DNA of 63,025 nucleotides, counting the filler, from Klebsormidium nitens (lineage: Eukaryota; Plantae; Klebsormidiophyceae), in NCBI GenBank assembly GCA_000708835.1. It is 7 parts of 7 records of this genome, joined end to end, with 100 filler letters (N's around TTAATTAATTAA, not from the genome) between each part and the next. Parts side by side here need not be neighbours in the genome. Positions count along the whole stretch, not along the records: positions 44,421 to 54,779 come from DF238206.1; positions 54,880 to 61,472 come from DF238349.1; positions 61,573 to 63,025 come from DF238412.1; 4 more parts are not named here. One strand, given 5' to 3'. The notes beneath the pieces are model-generated. The model worked only from the letters and a program-made list of their open reading frames with translations. It made no database searches and was not told the origin of the DNA. The stretch's first letter is position 1, and every line of letters starts with the position of its first letter. Shown in pieces: positions 52,035 to 62,565 of the stretch. A program made the position numbers and the translations under genes.

Positions 52035-55000
52035 GAATGCAACGTGGCAACAATCCCAGCATGCACTCACCTCCTGAGACCAGTCCAATGAGTAGATGTG
52101 CGACGCCTGCACCAAGCTCGACCAGCCCGTCCCGCAAGGTGGCGGCTCCTTCGGGCAAGGTGCGCACAAGCACTCCATCCTGCTCAGCTCATCAAAATCG
52201 CGCGCCGTCAGCTGGCTAACTCTCACCGGCTGCTTCAGCAGGGTGACGGGAGGGTCGTGAACGGCCTCGGGAGCCGTCTGTTGGGCGCACTAACTTTGGA
52301 GTTTCCACCTGAACGCCCTCTGCACTCATGGGCATGACGACGGCAATACGTGCTGGCTCTGCGTGGAGGCACGCCAACGAAGGGCAGGAGCAACTCTCAC
52401 AGACGCGGACGCAACCCCTCCCATGCCCCCCACCAATGCACCCAGCCCCCTCATTGTTGGCCACATCTCCACGCTCACCACCCCCCATTTGAGCGGCCCA
52501 AAAGGCTTTAGACCTCCGTTTCACCCCTCGCTGTGCGGACGCCCCATCCTCTACCGTCTCCTCTCGCGGACGCTTCCCCGGTGCGCTACTGTTTGCGGAA
52601 GTACAGCACTGACCTTCGCAGGGCTGCTTGTCAAGGCTCACCCCCCCCAAACAGCGATGGATGCTGTTGGCAAAAGCAAGTGCACACCGCGTCATGCCGC
52701 TCTCCGGCGACAAGACCGAGGAGATAACGCTCCTCATCTGAGAGGGCCTCTAGATCCTCTCCGCACGCCTTGCTTGCTTGACATCCCTCACCGGCTTGCG
52801 TTTGCGTGCAAGCTGCCTCCTCCTTGCCAGCCGCCACCTCTCTCTTCTTTCGCTGCAGCCACACTCTAGCCCGTTCCAGCTGCGTTTCTGTGAAGAGGCA
52901 CCCCTCCAATTTGCTTACCCCCTCTCTTCTCTCGAGCACTCTTTTCACCTCCAAAAGATGTCTGCAGTCCGCAGTTTTGCTGCAGCCTCCGCGTCTTCCC
53001 TCGCAGTACCATTGGAAGTCAGCCTCCGCGTCGAAGTGCACCATCGTTCTTTCGGGGGAAGGCGAACTCGTGTTCCAAAAAACCCCAAACACTCTCTGGC
53101 CCAGGGTGCTGCACGGCGCCTCCACCACCCGCGGCCCCTTTCGGAATGATAAGTGGCTTGATTGCTAACGCTCCTGGAGGGCTTGCAATGCCAGCTTGTG
53201 GACGCAAGCTGCGCCAAAGCTCAAACAGCTGCGATCGCACGTGCAACTCGGGTTCCCCATCGTGTCCCAGTTCACCGTCTCGAGCAACGCCGTGCTTTTG
53301 CTGGGCCGTCCCAGCGGCTTTGGCCTGGCAGCATTGTGGTTCCACGTGGTCATCAAAAAGACGGGGCTGCAGCCCTCCGTCTCTCCAGTGCTATAGATGG
53401 AGCAGTAGCCGGTCTTGATGTTGGCCAGGAACCGTGCAGCTTGAGCAACGAGTGTGAGCTGCCCGTTTGCATCCCGGCCTTCTTCTTCTCGTCCGCAATC
53501 CTACAAAAAAGGTTTGAATACCATTGGTTAGCCAACTGCCTCAAATATCCAAGATTCAAGTGTGCCCGACGATACTAGGCTGTTTAGATTCAGAACTTGG
53601 GGGAAAGCTTTGAAATTCTCGGAACCGTAATCGAAGCTGCAAAGGCTCTTTCTGTCCACCTTCTGCAAGTCGCAAACACATGATCGCCGCCTTTGTCTAG
53701 ATTCTGCATATTTCTTAAATGTGTTGACGTCTGCAAAACCTAGACACATACGCCAGCTAGTTCATTGGGTCGGCCCGAGGGGCCTAAGGTCGGGGAACAG
53801 CTCAAGCAGTTGAATCCGTGGGGTGGGCCTGGGCAAGGGCATGAGCGAGACCCCACCTAGAGTGAGCATCCTCAATGTTATCCGCACAGTGTTGAAGTCA
53901 CTGACCCACATCAAACCTTGGAGAACATCAAATCATAAGATCCAGAGGTTGTATATTTATGTACAACCTCCATTTGAGGGAGGGGTGGCCAGAATCAACT
54001 GCCAGTTATGATTCAACGACTTCTTAAGTAGCGAGAACAACTCACTGAAAAATCAACTCACTTTTTGTTGGACCGTCCGCGGGATCTCTCCCGCTTGGCG
54101 GCCTCTATTCAGAGCACTTTCGGCTGCAGATTTGCTGCGCTTCCCGCCAGCTGCCTCCCTGCTCTTGGCATCTAATGTCTGCAGCCGAATGACCTCGTCT
54201 CCGGCCAAAATCTTCTGCTGGCGCCATGAGCCGGTGGGCTCTGCAGTGCGGTCGAACCAGACCTCCGGTGGACCCACCCATCCACTGCGGGTGATACGCC
54301 AACACTCGTTTTTGTGATTGAGACTTTTCCAGTCCAACGCTCCACGCAAGCGAGACACAGAGGTTGGTTCTTGCCACTGCCTTTTGCCTTGTTAGAGATA
54401 GCAAAGCCGCTGAGATTCTTCTGCTGCGATTTTCTGAAGGAGATTCGGCAGACTCCGTTTTTCGAGCTCAAGAGGGACTGCTTGCATATTGCACACTTGA
54501 AAGCGGTGGAGTTGACTACCAGGAGCCTTGGGTCTATGATGAATCTCCCCGAGGAGACCTGAGTCCACGAAGTCGGGCAGAACCCGTCACCCGGCGACCT
54601 AACCCCTGTCTGAGTCATGGCCGAGCACCTTAGGCTACTGTACGGGTTTCGCCGGTCGGACTTCCTTTGACTGACTTCTAGCTTATGATCGAGTCGAGAT
54701 GAGGAGTTTTGATGGTCGCATTCGCCTTATATACCGTCGGAATATCCCAGGGAAATGACCTCTTACAGGCAATATTTTTNNNNNNNNNNNNNNNNNNNNN
54801 NNNNNNNNNNNNNNNNNNNNNNNTTAATTAATTAANNNNNNNNNNNNNNNNNNNNNNNNNNNNNNNNNNNNNNNNNNNNAGGCCCCATGATGCGCTATAA
54901 TACATTGTCCGGCTGAGCAAGTTGCGTAATCGCATGTGACGTTCATAATGGACGGCCTACTTTTCAATTTTGTGACGCTTTGTCAGAGACCTCGACTCAA

Positions 55001-58000
55001 TCGGGGCTCGACTCAGACACGCATGACAATGCTAAAGAATGTGGGATTCTATCGTTTGGTGGTTGCAAGGAAGAACTCTGGCGTTTCCTTCCGCCCAGAA
55101 GACGGAATAACACGTGGACCTCAGCTTAGGTAAGTGAATAAGAGAAGATTGCCTGTGCAAGCGCTACACTTCGAGTGGAGCAATTGTCAAAGTAAGTCTT
55201 ACTGTATCGGACTTTTCCTGCTGGGCTCTAGATCGATGACGCGCTCTAAAACCTGTGTACGATCTGCGCAAGAAGGAAGACGACCGCTTTCAGCGGAGCG
55301 GAACTGATCGCCAAGGAAGTTATACTCAAGCAGTCACAACAAGCACACGGCTGATGGACGGGGGCAGAAGAGACCCTTCCGGCCCTTCGTGCACTCTGCA
55401 ACCTTTGCTGCGCGTGTATGGTGCAGAATCTGAGGTGTTTCTCGACTTTCAATATGATGATCAAAACTGAACAGCGTCTTGAGGTCTCCTTCTCTGGCCC
55501 TCCTCCGACCACCAGGCCCGGAACCACAGGAAGAGATCAGCGCTTTTAGACAAGCTTGGTTTGTGGTTAGTTGCTTAGTGCCCTTTTACCGAAAGAACGT
55601 GGTTCATGTCTGTTTCGATGCCCATAGATCAAGCGAGGTTGAGGGCGATAGATTCACGTGAATGAGACCATCAGGCCAGGATGAGACACGTGAGTCTTCA
55701 CTTCAAAGCCCCAAGACAAATACGCCGTCGTTAGTCATCACCCGGAAAAAAAAAAGTCGTCGGCTACTGTGCTAAAGCAAACATTTCCTCACCTTCCAAG
55801 GAAACGAAGGGTCACGGTCGGCCCACCTCTCGTCGGGAGTCATGCGTCCTGAGCGGACCTCACGCTGACCGCTACCGTTCAATAGCAGCTCCAACAAGTC
55901 ACGCGGCTGCAGAAGAAATGACGGGAAGCCAGACTAGGTAATTGCGTCGAAGCACAAGAGTTCAATAAGTATCGATCCGGTCGGAACTCGATCAGGACTG
56001 TTGCGTTTGTAACGCGAAGGAAGTATGCCTCAAGCGAGACCTGATCCTGAGCACGATGATTTTCTAACACAAGAAGCAATGAAGCGGTATCAAAGAGATT
56101 CGGATTATAAGTCCGTATGAGCGACCAAGAACATAGAACACTCCAGAATGACATCATGTTTCGATTGCCGAGTCACCTTAGGACGCAGAATCAAAGCAAC
56201 AGAGAAACTGTATCACTTTGCGCAGAAGATTGCAGACGTTGCAAACGAAAAGATCACGAGAGAAGGAATTACTGAAACGGGAAAAACCTTGGGATTGACA
56301 CAAGACAGGATACAGCAAACGAGTGACCGACTTCGAGGTAGAATGACCGGAAAGAACGGAACAACTCACGCCGGTAGACAAAGACGACAGCGCCAGTTTG
56401 CAGCGCTTGGCACGATCACCAGGATTCCCGCCTCAAGATGCGGGCCCCAAAGACCGGAGAGAAGTCCCGCAAGGACCCAATCGCGTTAGACGCACGGCCT
56501 TGCTCATCCTTATTCTGCACGACTGGAGGCCGTTTTCCTCGGTACGGTTGCAAACAGGAGGAGCCGCACGTCAGGGACTTATGATGACGTCGTCGATGCA
56601 CGGCAACTGAAGCCGGCGAGCCAATGACCGTCGCGGAGTTCGTTCGCGTCTCGTACAGCTGCAATGCGACGTCTGTGGAAAGCTATGGGGGTGAACGAAT
56701 AGGTGGCCAGCGTTACAACAGCGATGCGTGGTCACATGCCGTCCCGGGCAAGATTTAAAAACTACTTGGACTAGGACTGCTTTCCAAACAATTGACGTTT
56801 CGCTCTTTCCGCTGTGTTTCCGCCACGCCGTTCTTTCAACAAGCTTACAAGGACAGAAAGGCCTTTCAGAGATTGAGGACGGTTCTTTGTAGAGTTGCCC
56901 AGCCCTGATTGCATTAGAGCATCACGGCCAATCTCAGAGCAAGCTCCTCATGGCAATAAGGCAGTGATTCGACTAGGCTCGAATCAAGAGATTTCCAGGT
57001 TTGTGGATTCAGGGCTTTCGAGCAAACCGCAATAACCATTCGGCAGCCATCTTTGAAGGCTAGGTAACCGCCTTCCGTTCAAGCGTATCAAAGCATGGTT
57101 GGAGAAAGACTTTGGACGGAAAAGGGCGCAGAAAAAGCGGCAGCCACAGGAGCTGTTTGGCTTTGAACCTGCCCGTCAGAATCGGATCCCAACGTTCAAA
57201 TGTAACCGTAGTCCATGAGCTTTTCCAACCATTTGAGCGAGCCCAGGACAGATGTCAAACGGCTAACACGGCATGGCATATCCAAAGTTGGCACCGGGCT
57301 TTTTGAACCTACCTAAGTTGAAGTAAGCGCCTTGGCCCTGAACCTGAGCGCAACCTCAGGGCCAACCACTGGGGAGTGCGACTGCATCTTCGGACGTGAG
57401 GGCTCCTGCCCCGGACGCTAGGACAGCCAGCCGTCCACATTCGCAGGCTCCGTGAGTGCACCACCGCTTCACGTGGAAGGCATCCCTCGGCCGAAGCATT
57501 GCCTGCGGAAGAGGAGAATGGAGAGTCGCGTCAGCACGTGCTGTGCCTCTTGCCCGCCATAGAGGCTTCGTGTATTCATCAAGAAACTCTGAACTTAGTT
57601 GTTAACAATCAAGGAGAGTGTCGGCCTGGTCACAGCATAGGCGTACAAAAATTATCGGTAAAGAAAAGGTTCATCCTCAGACACAAGCCCGGAGAATTGG
57701 GCCCCCATGTCCGAGCGATTCTGCATTCTGGAAAGGGCGACTACGTAACCTCCACAGAACAACCTCCGGCCTCCTTTTGCAATGCCAAGTAGACCCAGAC
57801 TTCCATCTTTCCTCCTCGAGCTTCTTCACGATGGGAGGTTGAGTTCGCGCCGTCACATACTCACTAAGCATCACAATCTGGAGTCACTGCAGAAACCAGA
57901 ATGCACCTGAGCGGGAGCGATTAGCAGGGGGCCACACGACTTTCACGGCCCCGCACGCCATGAAGTGGCTCACCAGCGTCCGGTCCGTCGAGCACGGAGT

Positions 58001-58623
58001 CCATTAGGCACGTACGCAGCTGGCCTCATATGCTGACGTCATCCTGTTCGCCCGCGATGACGTCAGCATCGGGTGCCAAAAGCATCCCTGACAATTCCTG
58101 CGGCCAGTCCGGCAATGCCCTGCACGAGAGCACAATCTGGTGAGCTTCTGTTTTTGGAAGGCGAACTGATGTCTTGCGATGTCAGCTTCGGCTAAATAGT
58201 GCCCGGCCTGAGGGATTGACCAGGTTCAAGTGACTCGAGTCCAAATGCTCAGAACAAGAGACCTAACTCTCAATTGCTCATTGGAAACGTTGGATTGGAA
58301 GCACTTGACCGATCTTCGCGTTCAGTCACCCTGTGTGCATATGCTTCTGCCATTCTCTGGAGCCGCCAGAAACACGCGGAGATTGCCTGGAGGCGTGCTT
58401 CAACAAAGAGAACAGCTAGAAGGGCCTAACCACAAATTGAAACTAGTATAGGATGCTGGCCAATAGCATAGAATCTAGGAGCTAAGAGACGATTGCAAAT
58501 CATATTTCAGAGGAGGGTGATTCAGCTTCTGGATTCCACCACAAGACACAAGGAGCCCAGCCATAGCTCTCCAAAGCGCCATCATAAAATCGTACTGCGT
58601 TTCGCTTCTGCGTTGTTCCTCAC

Positions 58624-59795
58624 CTGCAGTGGAGTTCCGGCCCCCTGGGTGAGAGCGCTCTTCTTCCCCGGCACGCTGTTCTTGTTCAGCATGATGGACA
58701 ACCGCTCCAGTACCTTCTTCATGTCCGCGCCGTCAGTGCCCTGCATACGTAGCAGACATCAGATTCCACGTAACCCCGGGCGATAAAGCCGCGGAGACTA
58801 TTCCGTCTGGTCGCAAGAAAGTGGGTGCACGAGAGTACGTAATGACCCAAAACTCCTCGCTGATCGGACAAAGTCACGAAATTCAAGGGGGGAAAACTAG
58901 GCTAAAGCTCTGAAAAAGAAAGACGTGTGCTCGAAGACACAGGCTCGCGCAATCTTGACGGGTACACGGCGCAGATGGAAGCTCTAGTTCGTGACTCACA
59001 TTTGGTCGCAGGCCGACGAGCGCGAGGTGGTTGACGCCCCCCCCCCCAACACCAGGGTGGATCCCAACTCCGGCAACCGCCCTGCCAGACCCCGGCTGGC
59101 GGCCACCACCTGCCGCTACTCCTTGAAAGCAGGGCAGGCTGCCTGCTTCAGCGCCACAGCAAGGCTGCCCATCGTGTGGTTGTGGAACCGCCCTGCAGGG
59201 AAGCAGGGCACCGACGGTCTGCAAGCATTGATGGAGGCTGGGCCCACTGACGAGCCGTCCTTGGCGACTGCTTCAACAAGAGGCAACAGGAGAAGGATCC
59301 ATGGAGTCTGTCCAGAGTAGCAGACCCCGCGTCTCCACTTGCTACAACTTTCAGACCTTGATGGCTGAAAGCGACAACATAAAGCACTTGCAGGCATAGC
59401 CCGGGGGATCCCTGCGCTACAAGTTATACGTTTCCAGGGCAACAGATCTGGCCCACGGTCTCATCTGTAGCTCCGCCACAACAAGTGTATGAAACAAGAA
59501 GAGACGATTGGACAGTAAGCACTTCTTCGGCGAATTCTGTGTCTGACACAATGCAGCACCTCGAATGAATTCCCACCTGCAGGCCCGGGAAGACGGCATG
59601 GCTGATGGCCGGCTTGTGTTGACACCGTTGTGCTCGGCCCTGCGGAAACAGATGACGCCGCCGAAGGGCCCTCGCAGCAATTTGTGCGTGGTGGTGGTTA
59701 CAATGTGGCAGTGCGGGGGAAGGGGGCTGCACTACGCCCGCCGCCACCAGGCGGCTGATGTGCGCCATGTCCGCTGTCAGGAATGCAGCAATGCT
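58624..59795 (-). pseudogene. SHMT: Degenerate, intron-retaining fragment of serine hydroxymethyltransferase (plastid SHM3-like). Exons ~59795-59577, 59192-59000, 58740-~58624.
   Basis: AFLTADMAHISRLVAA, HIVTTTTHKLLRGPFGGVICFR (PLP lysine motif), AVFPGLQ|GG.HNHT..LAVALKQA, NHLALVGLRPN|GTDGA..KVLE..IMLNKNSVPG.KSAL. Frameshifts and a TAG at the conserved Tyr are present. Confidence 0.88.
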
Positions 59796-60914
59796 GTACG
59801 CAAACTGCGCACCAGACCAAGGCATCTTAAGAATCAAAGGAGAACCACCGTATTTTCCTCTTCTCTCCATCTCATACTGAACTACATGAACCAAACAATT
59901 CCAGTTGACCAAGATTGGTTGGAGCCTATACCTAAAACTGCATGCAGGTCCACAGTCCATGCGGCACTTGTATCTGATGCTTACGACAGCTTATGCTACT
60001 AAACAAGAACTAGACAGATTTGGATGCTTTCACTCAAACGCTTGCAGGCACTGTGATGCCCTCGCGCATGATGCACAAACCTTTGAGCAACTCCTTCATT
60101 GCAGCATACCATTCCAAGCACTCGTGCAGGCAGCCGCCTCACTTGGGTTAGCAACTGATTCAAAAATGCGGTGCTGCAAGAGCTCAGACGGTGTTGCGCA
60201 AGTACCTAGGCTGTCAATAAGGCGAAGAAAAGGTGCGCCTGACAGCAAGGAAGGTGCAAGTCTTGCAGGGAAGACGGGTGCAACAGAAACTAGGTTTTCT
60301 CAACTGCGTTACAGCTCGCCATGGAGGTATTTCTTGAGATGAGCGTTGCTCATGAGCGTATGAGCGTAAAGGACCAGAATATGAGCGTTACCGGCTCAAA
60401 AATGACGTCCCAACGCTCAAATCCGACGTCACCCGTCCTCGTCCTTGCAATCGCCTTGTTCCCTTGATGACGTCAGCAACTCGGCCGGTACCAGTAAAGG
60501 CCCATATAGGGGGCATATAGGTAGGTATACGACCATACCGTCAAAATCCATAGTATTTCACCATGCGATCTGCCCTCATATAATCGCCGCTACGCGTCGG
60601 AATATACATACCTATATATTGAGCTCAGTTTCCGATTGACCGCAGGGGTGTGCGGTAATTTTTTGTCGTTATGGTATGAAAATACAGCATTTTCGGAGCA
60701 AGCTGCCCGGTTGCGATCGATAGATAGGGTCTATTTAGATACTAGATTTTGGTTGAATTTTAGCTAAAGCTTTGACGTCATCGAACATCTTTCCGCCGTA
60801 GCTAGTAGCCGCCCAGGTATAGAAGAAGAGTGATCATCGAGCCGTAAAGCCTCTGAGCAGGATCTATCGAACGCTGCAAAATTTGCCACGTGCCAAAGTT
60901 GTTCCCCACAATGA

Positions 60915-61134
60915 GTTTAAACGATACTGGTAACTCCGGGGTGACTTAACGGGTGAGTGACTTAAGATTCACGAGTCCCGACCAAATAAACTAAAAAACC
61001 TAACCTAAATAATCACCCGCTCCGCACCCGAACCCATCCTAACCACCATGCTAACCCCAACCGTCCCCCGGGTGCCTATCTCAAGTCACCCCGCTGTTAA
61101 GTCACTCTTTAGTTACCGGCCAGACTGTTTAAAC
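60915..61134. mobile_element. Second fold-back/MITE-like mini element with a telomere-like core (inverted relative to 29446-29628) and different arms
   Basis: Arms GTTTAAAC..GGTAACT..GTGACTTAAC..GTGACTTAAGAT (60915-60968) and an imperfect reverse complement (61078-61134). The core CACCCGCTCCGCACCCGAACCCATCCTAACCACCATGCTAACC matches the 29.5-kb core. Confidence 0.65.
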
Positions 61135-61848
61135 GACGTCATTGTCAGTCAATTAATCTGTGACGTAATTAAACTTACACAAGATTTAGCCTAAGTTTAG
61201 GCTAAATAGAGCCTATCTTGTGCTGCCCAAGAGTCACCCCCTCGCGGACAGTGCCACTTCGTCATCCCCTGCTGTACGCGAGCCCGCGCGCGCGCGGAAG
61301 GAGTTTCGCGCGGCGGCCGGCGACCGAGAAGATATTTGGGTGGCGTTCAGGCGTCGACGGCGACGACGAAGACCACCAGTAGTTAGAGTCGTAGATTTGG
61401 TGCTAGTCCCGGTTCTGCGGGATAGCGTTTGGTTGGTAGATTAGAGGTGGCGTTCCGAAGTCTTCGAAGTCGNNNNNNNNNNNNNNNNNNNNNNNNNNNN
61501 NNNNNNNNNNNNNNNNTTAATTAATTAANNNNNNNNNNNNNNNNNNNNNNNNNNNNNNNNNNNNNNNNNNNNTCTTTATTCAAAATGCCCCGTGCAGATG
61601 TTGTTTCCTGTTCTTGCAAGCTTTGCGATGCCAAGATGACCTCCTGCACCGCCCTGACCTCTGAAAATACTGCTGGTTGCTTCTCCAAGGATTGATATTC
61701 TGATTTTTCGCATGCGGACCTGCAAGTAGTCGTTACGTCTTCACATAGCACAACGCTTTGCACATGCTGCGAACCCTGCACATCGAAGGAAGCATGCATT
61801 ACTCAACGCGCATGAAGAAATGACAAAGCGGAAGAGGAAGCTCAATTC

Positions 61849-62298
61849 TCACGAGTCCATCTCTCTAATTACATCGTTTACGACGTCCAAAGCAGCTGCC
61901 ACCTCACAACTCGTTGCTTCTGATATGTCTGATGTTTCTTCACTAGCCTCTGATGAATCTATTACTACTCTCACTCTCTTTGTTGTCTGTTTTACTCGCT
62001 TCCTATTTGAACCTACCTCTATCTTGAATGACGTCAGAAGTTCTTGGATGGCCTTCCCCTGGATGCCTTTATCGGGATTAAGGGAACGACAGACCTTGAC
62101 CAACACTTGCAAAGATGCCAAAGGATACAACGATCTTGAGCCGTTCAAGGGCGCCATACGGATTTGCTTTCGAATCTCTTTGTCTAATTTTTTTAACACC
62201 CCCTTGCACGTGTCTTTATTGCATTTCAGAGTGTCTATTATCAAGTCCGCAACACAAAGGAGGCTGGTACGCTGGTCAACCCTTATCCCCATCCCCAA
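61849..62298 (-). CDS. Hypothetical protein with a possible Bro-N/KilA-N-like N-terminal DNA-binding domain (virus/Polinton-like)
   Basis: 149-aa ORF. The N-terminus IRVDQRTSLLCVADLII..CKGVLKKL resembles the IRxD..SVxDxI pattern of Bro-N-like domains, followed by a basic RKRVK and an acidic tail. Recognised by eye only. Confidence 0.4.
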   Translation of the reverse strand: MGMGIRVDQRTSLLCVADLIIDTLKCNKDTCKGVLKKLDKEIRKQIRMAPLNGSRSLYPLASLQVLVKVCRSLNPDKGIQGKAIQELLTSFKIEVGSNRKRVKQTTKRVRVVIDSSEASEETSDISEATSCEVAAALDVVNDVIREMDS

Positions 62299-62565
62299 TT
62301 GCAGGGTTCCTTTTCAATTGGGAGAACAGTCGGTCGTCGAGCAAGTGCCAGGTGCGCATGTATGCTCAAATTCCAGCTCCCCTCCAACCTTCCCCTCACA
62401 CGTTGAATCGTAGATATTACCGTTCGTCTGCAGGGTACTAGCCAAGACCACCATCCATCAGCCAGTTCTGTGCCCCTCACTTGCTATTATGGAGTTGGCT
62501 TGGCTAGACTTAGGACGTGGGATCATACGCCTCCTTAGAGAAGATAACTCTCGAGTGGCCAAATA

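Larger units (their letters stand above)
47122..54618 (-). mobile_element. KDZ-type DDE transposase gene, copy 2, near full length. Exons ~54618-54062, 53500-52071, 51236-~50994, ~50507-50165, 49019-47800, 47416-47122. It has one in-frame TAG (53165-53167) and about three frameshifts.
   Basis: KDZ core GFVFCCPHRVIYGFHAMLRGESPRD..FYDNACKLRAYCMRREPAFF..FLVDRFH..GHKC..NTSAVESCNS. The putative catalytic triad is CDG/YDN/VES. Two SWIM-like fingers (CTC..CVH; YCEG..C..CRH) and CxC clusters lie upstream. Intron phases are consistent. Confidence 0.85.

Noticed and set aside
54880-58400. Decayed coding fragments (e.g. 55879-56157, 56148-56489, ~57500-57790)
   Set aside because: They are stop-riddled with no identifiable motif. 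Probably old mobile DNA, but I cannot support a call.
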